58,914 nt of DNA from Chara braunii (lineage: Eukaryota > Plantae > Charophyceae), in NCBI GenBank assembly GCA_003427395.1, contig BFEA01000011.1, positions 1,248,114 to 1,307,027 on the forward strand. Reading direction: 5' to 3'. Shown here one piece after another: positions 24,227 through 35,697 of the stretch. The position numbers and the translations under genes are program-made. The notes beneath the pieces were generated by a model. The model ran no database searches. It had not been told where the DNA came from and saw only the letters and a list, made by a program, of their open reading frames with translations. Each line of letters opens with the position of its first letter. The stretch's first letter is position 1.

Positions 24227-25038
24227 ATGGCGCGATGACTATCGTTCTCAATCTATTCCAGCGGACCAGAAATGTCAGTAGATGTTAAGGATAGGGTATC
24301 CGTCGTACTGCCAGAAGAACGGACCTGACAGATCTAGAGTTGGCATTCCAAACCGTGATGCTGGGCGAGGGGGACGCCTTCCTTCGGATAGAAACGTTGT
24401 GAACCAAGGTCAGCCTAACCCGGCTGACGCTAAGTTTGACAGACCTGGAGTTTCTGGGGACCGTGGAAGCCCGGGGCTGGATTTACTTGTCGAAGGAAGG
24501 GGAAAACGCAATAGTTGTAGACTTGGTATTAGGGCAGGTCCCGTATAAATTATTTAGGCGGGCGGATCGGGGAGTTGTGTGAGCAGCATGGCAGCGGGAA
24601 AAAATGGAAATGAAGAAGGTAGATGTGCGAGTGGAACTCGATGAGAGGGGGAATGTTAGGCGGTCGCTCAGAATGTTAAGGTGTACTGTGTCTCCGTTCC
24701 TAGTAGACGCGGTCTTCGGGACCCGGAGTAGGCTGGTGCGCATATGCCTGTCCATGACGAACCTTGGGTTGTACGAAGGCGCCCGACATGACTTCTTCCG
24801 TCTTTCGGTTGAAATGGGGCCCTTCGAAGGGAAGTGGGCAAGGGAGTTAGCCGAAATATTAAACTATCTCAGCACGGACGAGGTGTTTGTCCGTAGCCTC
24901 ATCCACTGGAAAATAATTTATAGGAATGTAGCAGTAAGGGAGATGTTTTTTCATGGGTTAAGAGACCTGTGGTATGAAGAAGAGGACGATTCCACCGATG
25001 AGCACGAAGATGATGCAATTGAAGACTGGGACTTTTAA
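24227..25038 (+). pseudogene. Orphan tandem ORF family, unit 1
   Basis: MAR*LSF..DVKDRVSVVLP / DAFLRIETL*..LEFLGTVEARGWIYLSKEGENAIVVDL..GVV*AAWQREKMEMKK..LRCTVSPFLVDAVFG..FFRLSVEMGPFEGKWARELAEIL; the part from ~24330 is in frame with ORF 24604-25038. Confidence 0.7.
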
Positions 25039-25103
25039 AAAAAAGGAAAGGGGGTCCGGGAGGAAGAGTGATAGGGGTGGTCGACAATGTGCAGGGGACA
25101 AGC

Positions 25104-25979
25104 ATGGTTAGGGAACAAAGTTTAAGCACCGGATGTTTAAGGGGTGGGAACCAAGAAGGCTTGGAGAAGGAATATAAATGACCTTGCCGAAAAGAAATGA
25201 GTGGAGAGGAACGACTTGCGACTGGGTAGGGGAGGAGATTGCGTCCTCACTATCATTCCTATAGATAGAAACGGGTGTGGAACCCGCTCAGAGAGGAAGA
25301 GGGATGGGACGACGTAGGTGAGGGGAATGCAGAATCCGTTGGGACAGTGTGCCTATCGATGAAGGCCTGACACCTGTTTTGTGTAACACTTGCATCCGGA
25401 CAAAGCCCGATGTGGATCTTAGGGGAAGTCGAACGACGGACTAGCGACATGGGCTACGAGTTCGCCAATGAAGGGTGCGATGAAGTAAGGTGTAGGGTCT
25501 TAATAGAGGGATGAGAGAAACTCAGGCTGCCAAGTCAGTTAGTCCGGGTTTGGGTACTGCATTTCGTGGCAGAATGGTTCGGAGGGTACGAACACATTCA
25601 CGGGGTGGCAGGCGCTTTGGACGAAGTAGAGTTGGGTTCCTCGTGGTTGGCCGAGGCCTACTATAAGATCTCGTTGAAAGGAGGGTTCTTCCATGGGGAT
25701 AGAACAAAAGAAGTCGTCGACATCCTGAGAGTTATTAAGGACGACCGAATCGAGGTGGATGAGGGGACCGAGGACGCAATACTCCACCACGAGGTGGCAA
25801 CGACCCCCTCGTATGTAGACTACGTGTTCCTATTGTTCGAAGTATTGTGGTCTAAACCCAGAGGTCGGGACTTAGGCAAAAAGGCCGCCGACGGCGGACG
25901 AATGAGGAAAGGATCAAGGTACGTATGGCGGAAGGAGGCACCGCAGGATGGCTCGAAGGACGAGGCTTTGGGAAAATAG
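25104..25979 (+). pseudogene. Orphan tandem ORF family, unit 2
   Basis: MTLPKRNEWRGTTCDWVGEEI / GTVCLSMKA*HLFCVTLASGQSP..EGCDEV..LRLPSQ..FVAEWFGG..YYKISLKGGFFHGDRTKEVVDILRV..ILHHEV..SYVDYVFLLFE. Confidence 0.7.
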
Positions 25980-26702
25980 GCTCTGTGAAGTCTTGCCGCC
26001 GAATGAGATAGACAATAGGGTAAAAATAAGTGTGCCGGCAAGGAATCGGGTCAGCAACCCGGTGACGGACTGGGTGGGAGTAGAACTGGTGGAAGATACT
26101 GTGTATCTAGTGGTGAAATTGGAATGGCGTGCGAGAAGAGAATTCAGAGGTGTGAATTTAGATCTCCCGGGATGCGTACATGTCACGGGTTCGCTGTATC
26201 TATCAGAAGAGGGGTGACACACCTTTGGAATCACCTTGGCGTCCCGGGGAGACCCCGTGCGAATGCTTGAGGGGGTTTGACAACTAACCTCGCGAGAAGG
26301 GTTTGACGACATAACGGTTGAAGCAAGAGTCATCATGGCAAGAACCTTTACCCTGCCAACGAAATCGTATATATGAGTTTGCCATCTTTTCTACCAAGAC
26401 GAATGGGAGGCTTGGAACGGGTTGAGAAGGCGGTAGTCGCACTAGCTAGGCTAAGCTTCGAAGAAACGATAATGTATCAAGAATACTACCTGGCCTTCCT
26501 AGAGATAGGGTCGTTTAGGGAGCAACAGGGATACGAGGTGTTATGCATTCTGCGGGTGGCCGTGACAACTAGACGAATGATCCCACTAATAAGTGATGAA
26601 ACTCTATGGGGGGGTATTAGGCACGAGGTAAGTCGCGGAATGACCTACATAGACGACGTCTATCATTTATTCGAGCAACCAAAAGGGGAGGCAGCCCAAT
26701 AA
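25948..26702 (+). pseudogene. Orphan tandem ORF family, unit 3
   Basis: MARR..NRVKISVPARNRV..TDWVGVEL..GCVHVTGSLYLSEEG*HTFGITLASRGDP..EGFDDI..FTLPTK / LPSFLPRRMGG..YYLAFLEIGSF..EVLCILRV..IRHEV..TYIDDVYHLFE. Confidence 0.75.
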
Positions 26703-26725
26703 AGAGGAAAGGGAAAACAAGGGGG

Positions 26726-27545
26726 ATGGAAAACTATGGGGTAGGAAGCAGGGGGGGACAGCTAACAATATATGGGGTCATGGAAGGAATAAGGAGGATT
26801 TACTTTCTGTTTGAACCACGCAGGAATCCGCCAACAGGCGATGGCTATGAGGCGCACCCGAACGTCGCGACAACCCACGCACCCGCAACCATTCATGGAG
26901 AGCGGTAACAGATGAGAAGTATCAATCCCAGCAAGCTACAAGGTTCGGGGGACGACTTAGAATGACGAGCTACAACCTTGGGTCGAGACCAAGCCTTTAC
27001 GATGGTGGAATGTTTATGGAGTGGCATGAGATTCAATAGGGGGCCAGGAAATGACTTGTACACTGACCTGGGGGTGACCGGAACCTTGTACCTACCTAAG
27101 ATTGGGTAACACATGCTGGGGACCGAGATGGCACTAGGGCATGGGCTGTTGCCAATCTTTCGGAATGCGGCTATGGCGTTGAACCGGATAGGCCAATAAA
27201 TTTGGGGAAGAAGGAACGTAGGGTTGAGAACTCGGGTGGAAATAGGAGGATAGCGGGAGTTTAGAGCCTCGATGGCGGGACTACGGTGTCGAGTACCCCG
27301 CTTTATGATAGACTTGGTGTTTGGGAGTCTCGCAAGGGCAAGGGACCTGGTGAATACAACCCTAATCTTGGTTCACCATTTCCAGTCGCAGACGACGGGA
27401 ATGTTTTATTGTGTGGCGGTAAAACACGGGCCATTTTGGGGAAATAATTGTTAGGGAAATAGGGATGGGGGAAAACTACCTTGCAGGGGTGGCTAGCCTA
27501 TTCGAAGAGTCTGTCGGACAGGACGAGCCTGAGGAACCGGTGTGA
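26726..27545 (+). pseudogene. Orphan tandem ORF family, unit 4 (internal deletion near the C-terminus)
   Basis: NR*EVSIPASYKV / VTGTLYLPKIG*HMLG..LRCRVPRFMIDLVFG..FYCVAVKHGPFWG / VREIGMGENYLAGVASLFEE..*. Confidence 0.7.
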
Positions 27546-27811
27546 GAGAATGTCAGGGAAGGTGGTAAATATGAATTCTAGCTATGCGGTGCTAAACAAA
27601 AGCGAGAAAGGCAGTCTGAGGGAGATAACAGCCGGAGTCCAACTCTATCTAAGGGAGTGTTAGGGAAGGACTAGGATGACTGCAACTGCCAATGGACGTT
27701 AAAAATGTCCAGGGGCTAAGAGGATAAAAAGTCATCTCCAAAAGAGGGACTCACTCGCCCTGGGCACGCCGCCCTAGAATAGATACGTCGTGACATTAAA
27801 AACACCAAACT

Positions 27812-30233
27812 ATGGCGGTGGACCTTTCAACAGAAAAAGCGAGCGATACCCTGCCAACCAAGAAAGGGGGGCAGACCCATTACGACCATCATAAAAATAG
27901 AGATATCGAAAAAGGCAAGAAAGAGAGACTATGAGACTGGCGGTGAAACTCAGGACTTGGGAATCCTAAGAACCTTGGACAATCTGCCATCCCGGGAAAT
28001 CTTTTTCCTATGTTCAGGTTTAAGAAGGATGGCGACTGAAGAAGAGGCAGGGAGTCTACGAGGCAAGGGGAGTCAGAGCTTAGAAAAGGATGTAGAGCGG
28101 AACGAGGGGTTCGTAAGGGACCGAGAGTCGACGAATAGGAAGGAACTTGCAACCGGGGAAAACCCAGAAAAAACTGGAGGAAAGCAAACGAGGAACTGAA
28201 GAGACTAGGGGGGATAGGGATAAAGGCACCCGGCGGCACAAGCATCGGAGGGCGCACTATAAAAAAAGGTGAGGCTAACGGACGCTCGGAAGAAGCTAGC
28301 TGAGATAAAACGAAGGACGGCAAAGTACAAGGCAAAACTCATGGAAGAGATGATGAATGAGGGCGAGGGGGACTCCGCTAGGGAGAGGCCGCGCAAAGAG
28401 CAAGGGACAAATCCGGGGCGAGGGAGCCGATACGACGTCATACAAAGGAGAAAGGGTAGAACCGGGGAACGTAGAGAGACACCAACCAAGAAAGGAAAGA
28501 AGAGAACGAAATCTCCGCGAAGGGAGGCAGAAAAGGCTACCAACCCACCTGCAATAGACAACAGGGCAAGTCGTCCAGCAACCTCGCCCATAATTGCAAG
28601 GGGGTGTGAAGGACTTTAGAGCTTAAGAGAGAGGGTGCTCGATTGGTTCGCCCCGGAAGCGACGGCAAAAGCTGGAGGAGGGATAGAAGCCAGTAAGGAA
28701 GAATAAGGCTCCGGCGTGACCGGCGGAACGGGAGAGGCCCAAGGGGGACTTAGAAAGATGGTATCTTCCCTCACGCGAGCACTAAAAAAGAATCAGGGGT
28801 AAGAGAAGATGGAGCACCTAGGGCAGCACGTCTCGCTGAACCTAGGAAGGGACATAATGACCATCGTCGCCACTAGTCGTTTCTGGAAAGAGGCCCGAGA
28901 CGTAATAATGAGAAAATATATCGCAGCCAAGAAAATAGCTACAGAGACAGAGTTGCCTGAGGTACAAAGGAAAAATTTTGCAACATATAACGACTTCTTG
29001 AGGGAATTCACCCTCGTGGCATTGCGAATCCCGGGGGTGACCGACCGTACAATGAGTAAGTACATCCTCAGGCAATTCACTGAGTTTGATAAAGATAAGA
29101 TCCTATCTGCCTACCAACAAACCACGAAGTTTATGAATACACGAGATGTTGACTTCAGCACCGTAACAGACATTGCCGAAAAAATGGTTGTAACCGACCC
29201 ATTGACCCTGCTGAAGGAAGGAGAGGTCATAGACTTAACCGATAAAACGGGTGACAAGGTCAAACGAGGGATAGAGAGTCTGCATGAGCGCGTCTACAGA
29301 GTGGACGGCAAGATCGAAAGGGTAGAAAACGCGTTAATGGGAATGCAGGCCCAAGTAACCCAAACTCAGGCGGCTCGACCCCCTCTCCCACCGCAAGAAG
29401 TTGTGGCTTCTGCAGGAATAGCTAACCGAGGGTTTAATAGAAGAGATCCAGCCAGTGAACAGTGCAAATACTGTACGTTAGTCGGACACTTCGTACGAGC
29501 ATGCCCAAAGCTCAACCACAATATCATGCACAAAAAGGTACTCTATGACATTACGAGGGGAAATCATAGGCCCCCAAGGAGAGAAAGTAAATTGGAATTC
29601 CCCAGGAGGGATGCGTCGGGCCGTAATTGCACTAAACAACCTCGACGTCGCCACAGTAGAAGCTGAGCATGTGGCGGAACTCGCTTGGGAACAGGCACGA
29701 AGACGCAGACCACAAGTTAAACTTTATTTTAGAAAGTGACGGCCGAGACAAGGTGAACGTAACCACCAGGCAACGAACAGCAGAAAGGAAGGTCGTTCAT
29801 GACGCAATTATGGAAGATGCAGGGGATGGCTCGGGAACGCCACAAGGAATGGAGGCGCAAGAACAAGAGAGGGTTTATGGGAAGCCTAGAGAGGAGACCC
29901 CTATAGACAAAGCGACCTCAACCAAAACGAAATTCCGGTATCAGATTCTCATCCTGACTACGTCTGAGATCAATGACACCCTGAGCAAGCTGCTAGGGAC
30001 CATGGTGTCGGCCTCGTTCTAAACCATGCTCCAAGCAAGTCCTAAGCTCCTAAAAGGCCTTAGGCAGCTACTGACGAGGCGAAGAGTAAAAATGGAAGAA
30101 GGACCGAAACTGCAGGAAGAAGAGAAGGAAGCAGAGGTACCACTAGATATCGCTAACCTCCAAAGGATTCCTGGGGACCTGGAAGACCTAGAGAAGGTCT
30201 TCGCAGACATCCGGCTAAGCCTACCAGATCGCG
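27812..30233 (+). pseudogene. gag: Ty3/Gypsy-type gag with CCHC zinc knuckle, interrupted, truncated before protease
   Basis: ORF 28809-29666 has a capsid-like helical region and CKYCTLVGHFVRAC (CX2CX4HX4C, 29463-29504); co-oriented coding pieces lie at 28269-28619, 29669-30022 and 30026-30233; the start is approximate. Confidence 0.8.
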
Positions 30234-31900
30234 ACACATGTGGTCAACGACACTCCGAATCTTCGCTGAAACTCATTCTGAAGTGCAGAACTTTTAGCAT
30301 TTTTGAAACTCTTTAAAGTCGAGTTTCAACGATTTTAGAAGTCTTGAAAATGTTGAATGCCCATACGTTGAATAAATCTTCAAAATATTCAACGTCTGCC
30401 CCCCTGTTTGAGTATATAAAACAATGAAAATTTTGAAGATTCTGAAGTGGTGAAAATGCTAAAAATTTTGAAGTACACCCCCCTCGTCCGAGTGTGTAGG
30501 AACGCTAAAGGGAGGGCGTTCAAAATCTTCGACGTTTTCACCATTTCATAATTTTCAGAATCTTCAGCGTTTACCTCTCTGTCTAAGCGTATAGAAACGC
30601 TGAAAATTTTGAAGATTCTGAAATGGCGAAGATGCTGAAAATTCTGAAGTATACCCCCCTCTGTCCGAGTGTGTAGAACGCTGAAAATTATGAAGTGGTG
30701 AAAACGTTGAAGATTTTGAATCCCTTCCGTGCCTCCTCCTGCAAGGTGGGGGGAGTTTAGAATCTTCAACGTTTTCGCCACTTCAAAATTTTCACAATTT
30801 TCAACATTCGTCCCCTCGTATAAGTATGTAGAAATATTGAAAATTCTGAAGATTCTGAAGTGTTGAAGATGATGAAAACTCTGAACTACACCTCTTTTCG
30901 TCTGAGTATGTAGGAATGCTGAAGATTCTGAAAATTTTGAAATGGTGAAAACATTGAAGATTTTGAACACCGCCCCCCCCCCCGCCTCCTCTCTAAGCTT
31001 ATAAAAATGTTGAAGTTTTTGAGTATTCTGAAGAGGTGAATCGATTGAAGGCGCTGAACCGACCCCACGTCTCTAGGTTTGTACCTCCCCTGTCCGAGTC
31101 TTCAAAATGTTGAAGTACATCTCCCCTGTTCGAGTGCTTAGTGTGTATGAACGTTGAACGCACTCTATGTACGCCCCCCTTGTCCGAGTGTGTAGGAACG
31201 CTGAAGATTCTGAAAATTTTGAAGTGGTGAAAATGTTGAAGATTCTGAACCCCCCCCTTCCCCCGTGCTTCCGCTTGTTTTGTTTCTTTAAGGGGAGGGG
31301 ATTCAGAATCTTCGACGTTTTCACCGCTTCATAATTTTTGGAATCTTCAGCGCCTACCCCCCTATTTAAGTGTAGAGAAACGCTGAAGATTCTGAAGTGG
31401 TGAAGATGCTGATAATTCTGAAGTAAACCCCCCTCTATCCGAGTGTGTAGAACGCTGAAGATTTTTAGAATTCTGAAGTTTGAGAACGCCAAAAATTTTA
31501 AACCCCCCCCCGTGCCTTCCCGTATGAGGTCGGGGGGGGGTTCATAATTTTCAATGTTTTCACCGCTTCAAAATTTTCGAAATCTTCAGCGTTCGTGTAT
31601 AATGTTGAAGATTCTGAAGATTCTGAAGATTCTGAAGTGGTAAAAATGCTGAAAACTCTGAACTACACCACCTTTCGTTCGGGTATGTAGGAACGATGGG
31701 GATTCTGAAAATAATGAAGTGGTGAAAAGGTTGAAGATTTTGAACTTCCCCTCTTCTCTAAGCTTATAAAAATGTTGAACAAGGTTTGTACCTCCCCTGT
31801 CCGAGTCTTCAAAATGTTGAGGTACACCTCCCCTGTTCGAGTGTTTATGTCCGAGTGTGTATGAATGTTGAACACACTCTACGTATATGATGAATATTAG
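30234..31900. repeat. Foldback-like array of a ~55-60-bp unit in both orientations
   Basis: AACGCTGAAGATTCTGAAAATTTTGAAGTGGTGAAAATGTTGAAGATTTTGAA is repeated many times, with reverse-complement copies at ~30520, 30760, 31300 and 31545; spacers contain GTCCGAGTGTGTAG. Confidence 0.8.
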
Positions 31901-31962
31901 AGGACCCGTCAACCATCTCTCATTGTTGTGGGGTTATAACGTGGAGAGTTCAGCATGACGAC

Positions 31963-32170
31963 AAACTGTTGGCTCGACTTTAAGACCTTCCTAAGGGAAA
32001 GTGTTGCCAGACTGTTGGCTCGGCTTTAAGACCTTCCTAAGAGAAGGCGTTGCCGGACTGCTACCACAACGTAAAGACCTTCCTAAGGGAAAGTTCTGCC
32101 AGATTTGTCACGCGGTGCCAATGTTTTTTTTAATGTGAGTGTGGGAAGGTGTTGCCGAACTGCTACCGGA
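31963..32170. repeat. ~45-bp degenerate tandem repeat (AGACCTTCCTAAGGGAAAGTGTTGCCAGACTG), 3-4 copies
   Basis: Directly visible. Confidence 0.8.
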
Positions 32171-35100
32171 CAATCATTACTCCCGAAAGCCAGTGTCCGG
32201 ACTAAAGTTCAAAACTTTCAATCTTTCGGTCATAGGTTAGTCTGAATGAAGTTATGGCAACGTAAGTCTCATCAAGTCCTTCAATTCAACGAAAAAGTCG
32301 GACAATGTCCGTCACTCTAGCCCCCAGGCAAAACCACGGGCTCACAATGAGCCCTTGATCTAGACAGGATCAAAGGCTAATTGTGGTTGCACGACAACCA
32401 CAACCTTAGTGGGGGCAGTTTCTTATACTGCCCTTATTTTCTTTTTCTTTTCTTTTCCCGAGCTATCTCAGAACTTCACGAGATTGCTGAGGTCGCGGCA
32501 TTTTCAAATCCATTTTTCTTTATTTTTCAAATAAGGGATCAGAGAGATATAACCCCTTTCAGTTTGATGTATCTAGACCCATTTTCCAGGGCAGATACAC
32601 CAGGGAAAAAACTATACTTGGTTTTTTCCTCTATGACACCTCAATTTTCAGGCTCCCTCTAAAAATGGGAGCTTGACAGTTACCTCTAGCAGTTTCTGCC
32701 AGAGGTAGCACCTCGTGAGGCCAAGTGTCCTCACGGAATGCATATAACAAAAGCAAAGAAAACAAATAAAAGAATAAATAAATAAAATTAAGCCTAACTA
32801 CATGCGCTTGATCCTTCTCTCAACCACGTTCACGTTGTTGCATGCAACAACCCTCCCACCTTGTCAGGTTGGGAGGAGTATGACCTCCCCTCCCAATCTC
32901 CGTCATGCTTTTCGCGTGTGCACTGTGAGCCACGAGATCCAAGATCTCACGACCTTGGATATTCGCTACTGAATGGAGTGAGAGCCATTATGTTCCCACA
33001 TAGCCGAAAAAGTTGTTTGTTGTCTGCTGCCTTGTTCGTTTTTTTTTTTGTTTTTTTTTTTTTTTTAGGTTGGTCATCTCAACCTCTCCCGTTTTTCCCA
33101 CGCTCCCATCGGCCACGAGGAAACAACTAAAAAGTAAAAAGAAAAAAGAAAAAAGAAAAACAAACAGCTTACCTTGTATATCTTGCCCACAGTTGCAGAA
33201 TGTTTGTTTCTTTTCGCTTTGGCAATTCGAGCAAACCGGGTACGCTGAATTGAAGGACCATTCTACCCATGTCACTGAAAGCCCGACAGAAAACAGTCTC
33301 GCAAAGTCCTGCAGCCCGTTCCAATGGGTGCAACAAATTGTAGTAGTGTATAATCCTATGTTCTGGAGGTAGATTCATTCGATTTTGACATCCATCGATA
33401 GAGGTTAGTCTGCGTTTCTAAACTTTGCCTGTTCGTTTTCCATGAACGGGCGTTTTTCAGTAATCGGGACAGTAATAAAGAAAGAGGAAATCTAAAAAAT
33501 AGAAAATAAAAAATTTAAACTAAGGAATCTAGAAGAAAATCTAAAAAACAACAAAAAAGACAAACCGACTTACTTGAAAAAAGGTTGCCCGTTTTTCAAC
33601 GGGCACCTGCTGCACTCTCTCGGGACACTAAGTCCCTTGTTGCTTCTCTGAACGCCATTTGACGTTGTTTGCTCCTCCTTTTTTTTTTTTTTTTTTGCTT
33701 TCTTCTAGTAATGATGTCGTTGGCATAAGCCAACGACCACAGTAGCCAGTGCCATGCCTTGCTGGCGCCTCCCCCTCCTCTTTTCGATATGCAGACCCGA
33801 GTTCGATCCCATCAGGGAATCGAAAGATATGCATCATTTCCCGATTTATTCATTTCATCATTGTGCAGGGGTCATGCTAATCTATGCGTGGCCGATCTCG
33901 GCCGCCCGATCTCTGAGATCGTGCGGTCAAGATTGACCGCGTTACTCCAAAAAAATGAAAGGGCAGCTCCCAAAAGGAGCTATACCCATCGCCCTTCTAT
34001 TTGAAGGGTTACGGCTCAGTAGGCTGCCTACTCCCTGACTTAGGCAGGTGCAGTTCGCCTAAGCTTATCCAAAAGCAGTCGCCCTACCATCTAACCGGTT
34101 GGGCTTGGTCCAGTAGGCCCGACAATCCAACCCTTTAGCCGTGGATCTACCCTCGGACCCCTAATGGTCCGTTCCTTTAGAAATAACACAACACTTTGGT
34201 TGTGTTCGCCCTTCTACGCACCGCCGCTCCCACTACTGCGGCTATTCTTTCGGCCATCCTAGCCATGAATCCGCACGTCCGAATTTTATTGAAAACAATA
34301 TTTTATTTTAGCATTTTCATCGTTGTCCGTCTATCCGGCCCTGTTCAACGCAAGAGTGTACAGTTACACCGTCCACCCTCGCCGTCATTCATGCCGGTAG
34401 GTAGACAGCTGCACAAAAAATTGATTTCTTCAATCGCGGACGAGTCAGAATATTCCAACAGTGTTTCCATTTCATCGGACCAAACCTTTTCAAACAAAAC
34501 TTACGTCCAAAATCGGACTGCGTCCGATAAAAAAAACAGGGCAGATGCCCTTGTCAAGGTTTCTGCCCCGACACTGTGACAGGAGTCGTCCGTGCAGAGC
34601 GGGCCGGGGGTGGGAGTGCCGAGCCAGGATGCCGCGTCGAAGTGCGCCGGAATCCACACTTAAGTTACCGACCGTTTGCCGACTAATAGTGGTGCTTTGC
34701 GGGACCGATATGCGTCGGCTGAAGGGGAGGGGCGCCCTCTGGAGTTCAAGTGACAGGGTGCAAGTGGATGCGCCCGCCGACCTGGAGACGGCGAAGTCCA
34801 CTAGGATCCAAACTTCTTGAAGCGGGAGGCCTCGGGCAGAGGTTGTCGTGTCGATGGGAGGGGCTACGTGCTTGGAGACCAGTGTCGTACCCCCATTCAC
34901 AGTTCGTGGCCCCGACGAACGCGGGCTGGTCACCCTTAAACGCGAGCCAGTCACCGGTGAACGCAGGCCGGTCACCGGTCACAAAAAAACGTGACTAGTG
35001 GGAGTTCACGGAGTTCACGCAGAGTGGGAACTCCATTTTTTTTTTTTTTTGGGCTGGTAGGGGGTATTTTCTTTCACATGTTGGTTATTTTAACGGGCAA

Positions 35101-35453
35101 CTGCCCGTATACATATTTTTTTTTCGATCGGAATTTATTTTTTTAATTTATTGAAGAAAAAAAAATCGATTTCGCCTGTGTTAGGCATAGCTTTCGTCGA
35201 CCGTGTGGGACGGTGTGGGTCATTCTTAGGGTGTTTAAAAAAACAAATGATGACAGTGCATCATGATACTACGCCGACGCCATACCACAAAAAAAAAGCT
35301 AAAAAAAAAAATCGGTCGGGTCTCGTTTCGCGAGAAGCGGGTTGGCCCTTCGCCAGGCGCAGGTGACCCGACCGTTTCTGTTTCGTAGTGCAATAAAGCA
35401 CCGACCACAACGGGAGTCCGTCATTCATTGGTATCTCATATAGAGAGCAAGCA

Positions 35454-35456
<3 letters not shown>

Positions 35457-35511
<55 letters not shown>

Positions 35512-35546
35512 GTTGGGGGGGGAGAGAGAGAGAGAGAGAGAGAGAG
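35457..35546. repeat. (GA)n microsatellite
   Basis: Directly visible. Confidence 0.95.
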
Positions 35547-35697
35547 GCACGACGTGTGAATGCTTCACCCTTGTGAATGTGCGGTCGTGCCCGTGAACGG
35601 GAGCGTAGACTAAACCACGCTCGTTCACCGCACGCTCATGGCCGTGAACGGAGGTGCGGCACAAACAGATCACCGACAGCTCGCGGGCGACTCGAGC

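Noticed and set aside
30389-31912. Repetitive 100-190 aa minus-strand ORFs (FKIFNVFTISKFSES...)
   Set aside because: They arise from a DNA module present in both orientations, so coding function is unlikely
32298-32320. Helitron 3' end (hairpin CGGACA-A-TGTCCG then CTAG)
   Set aside because: The hairpin is short and too close to CTAG, CTAG is not followed by T, and no matching 5' TC end was identified
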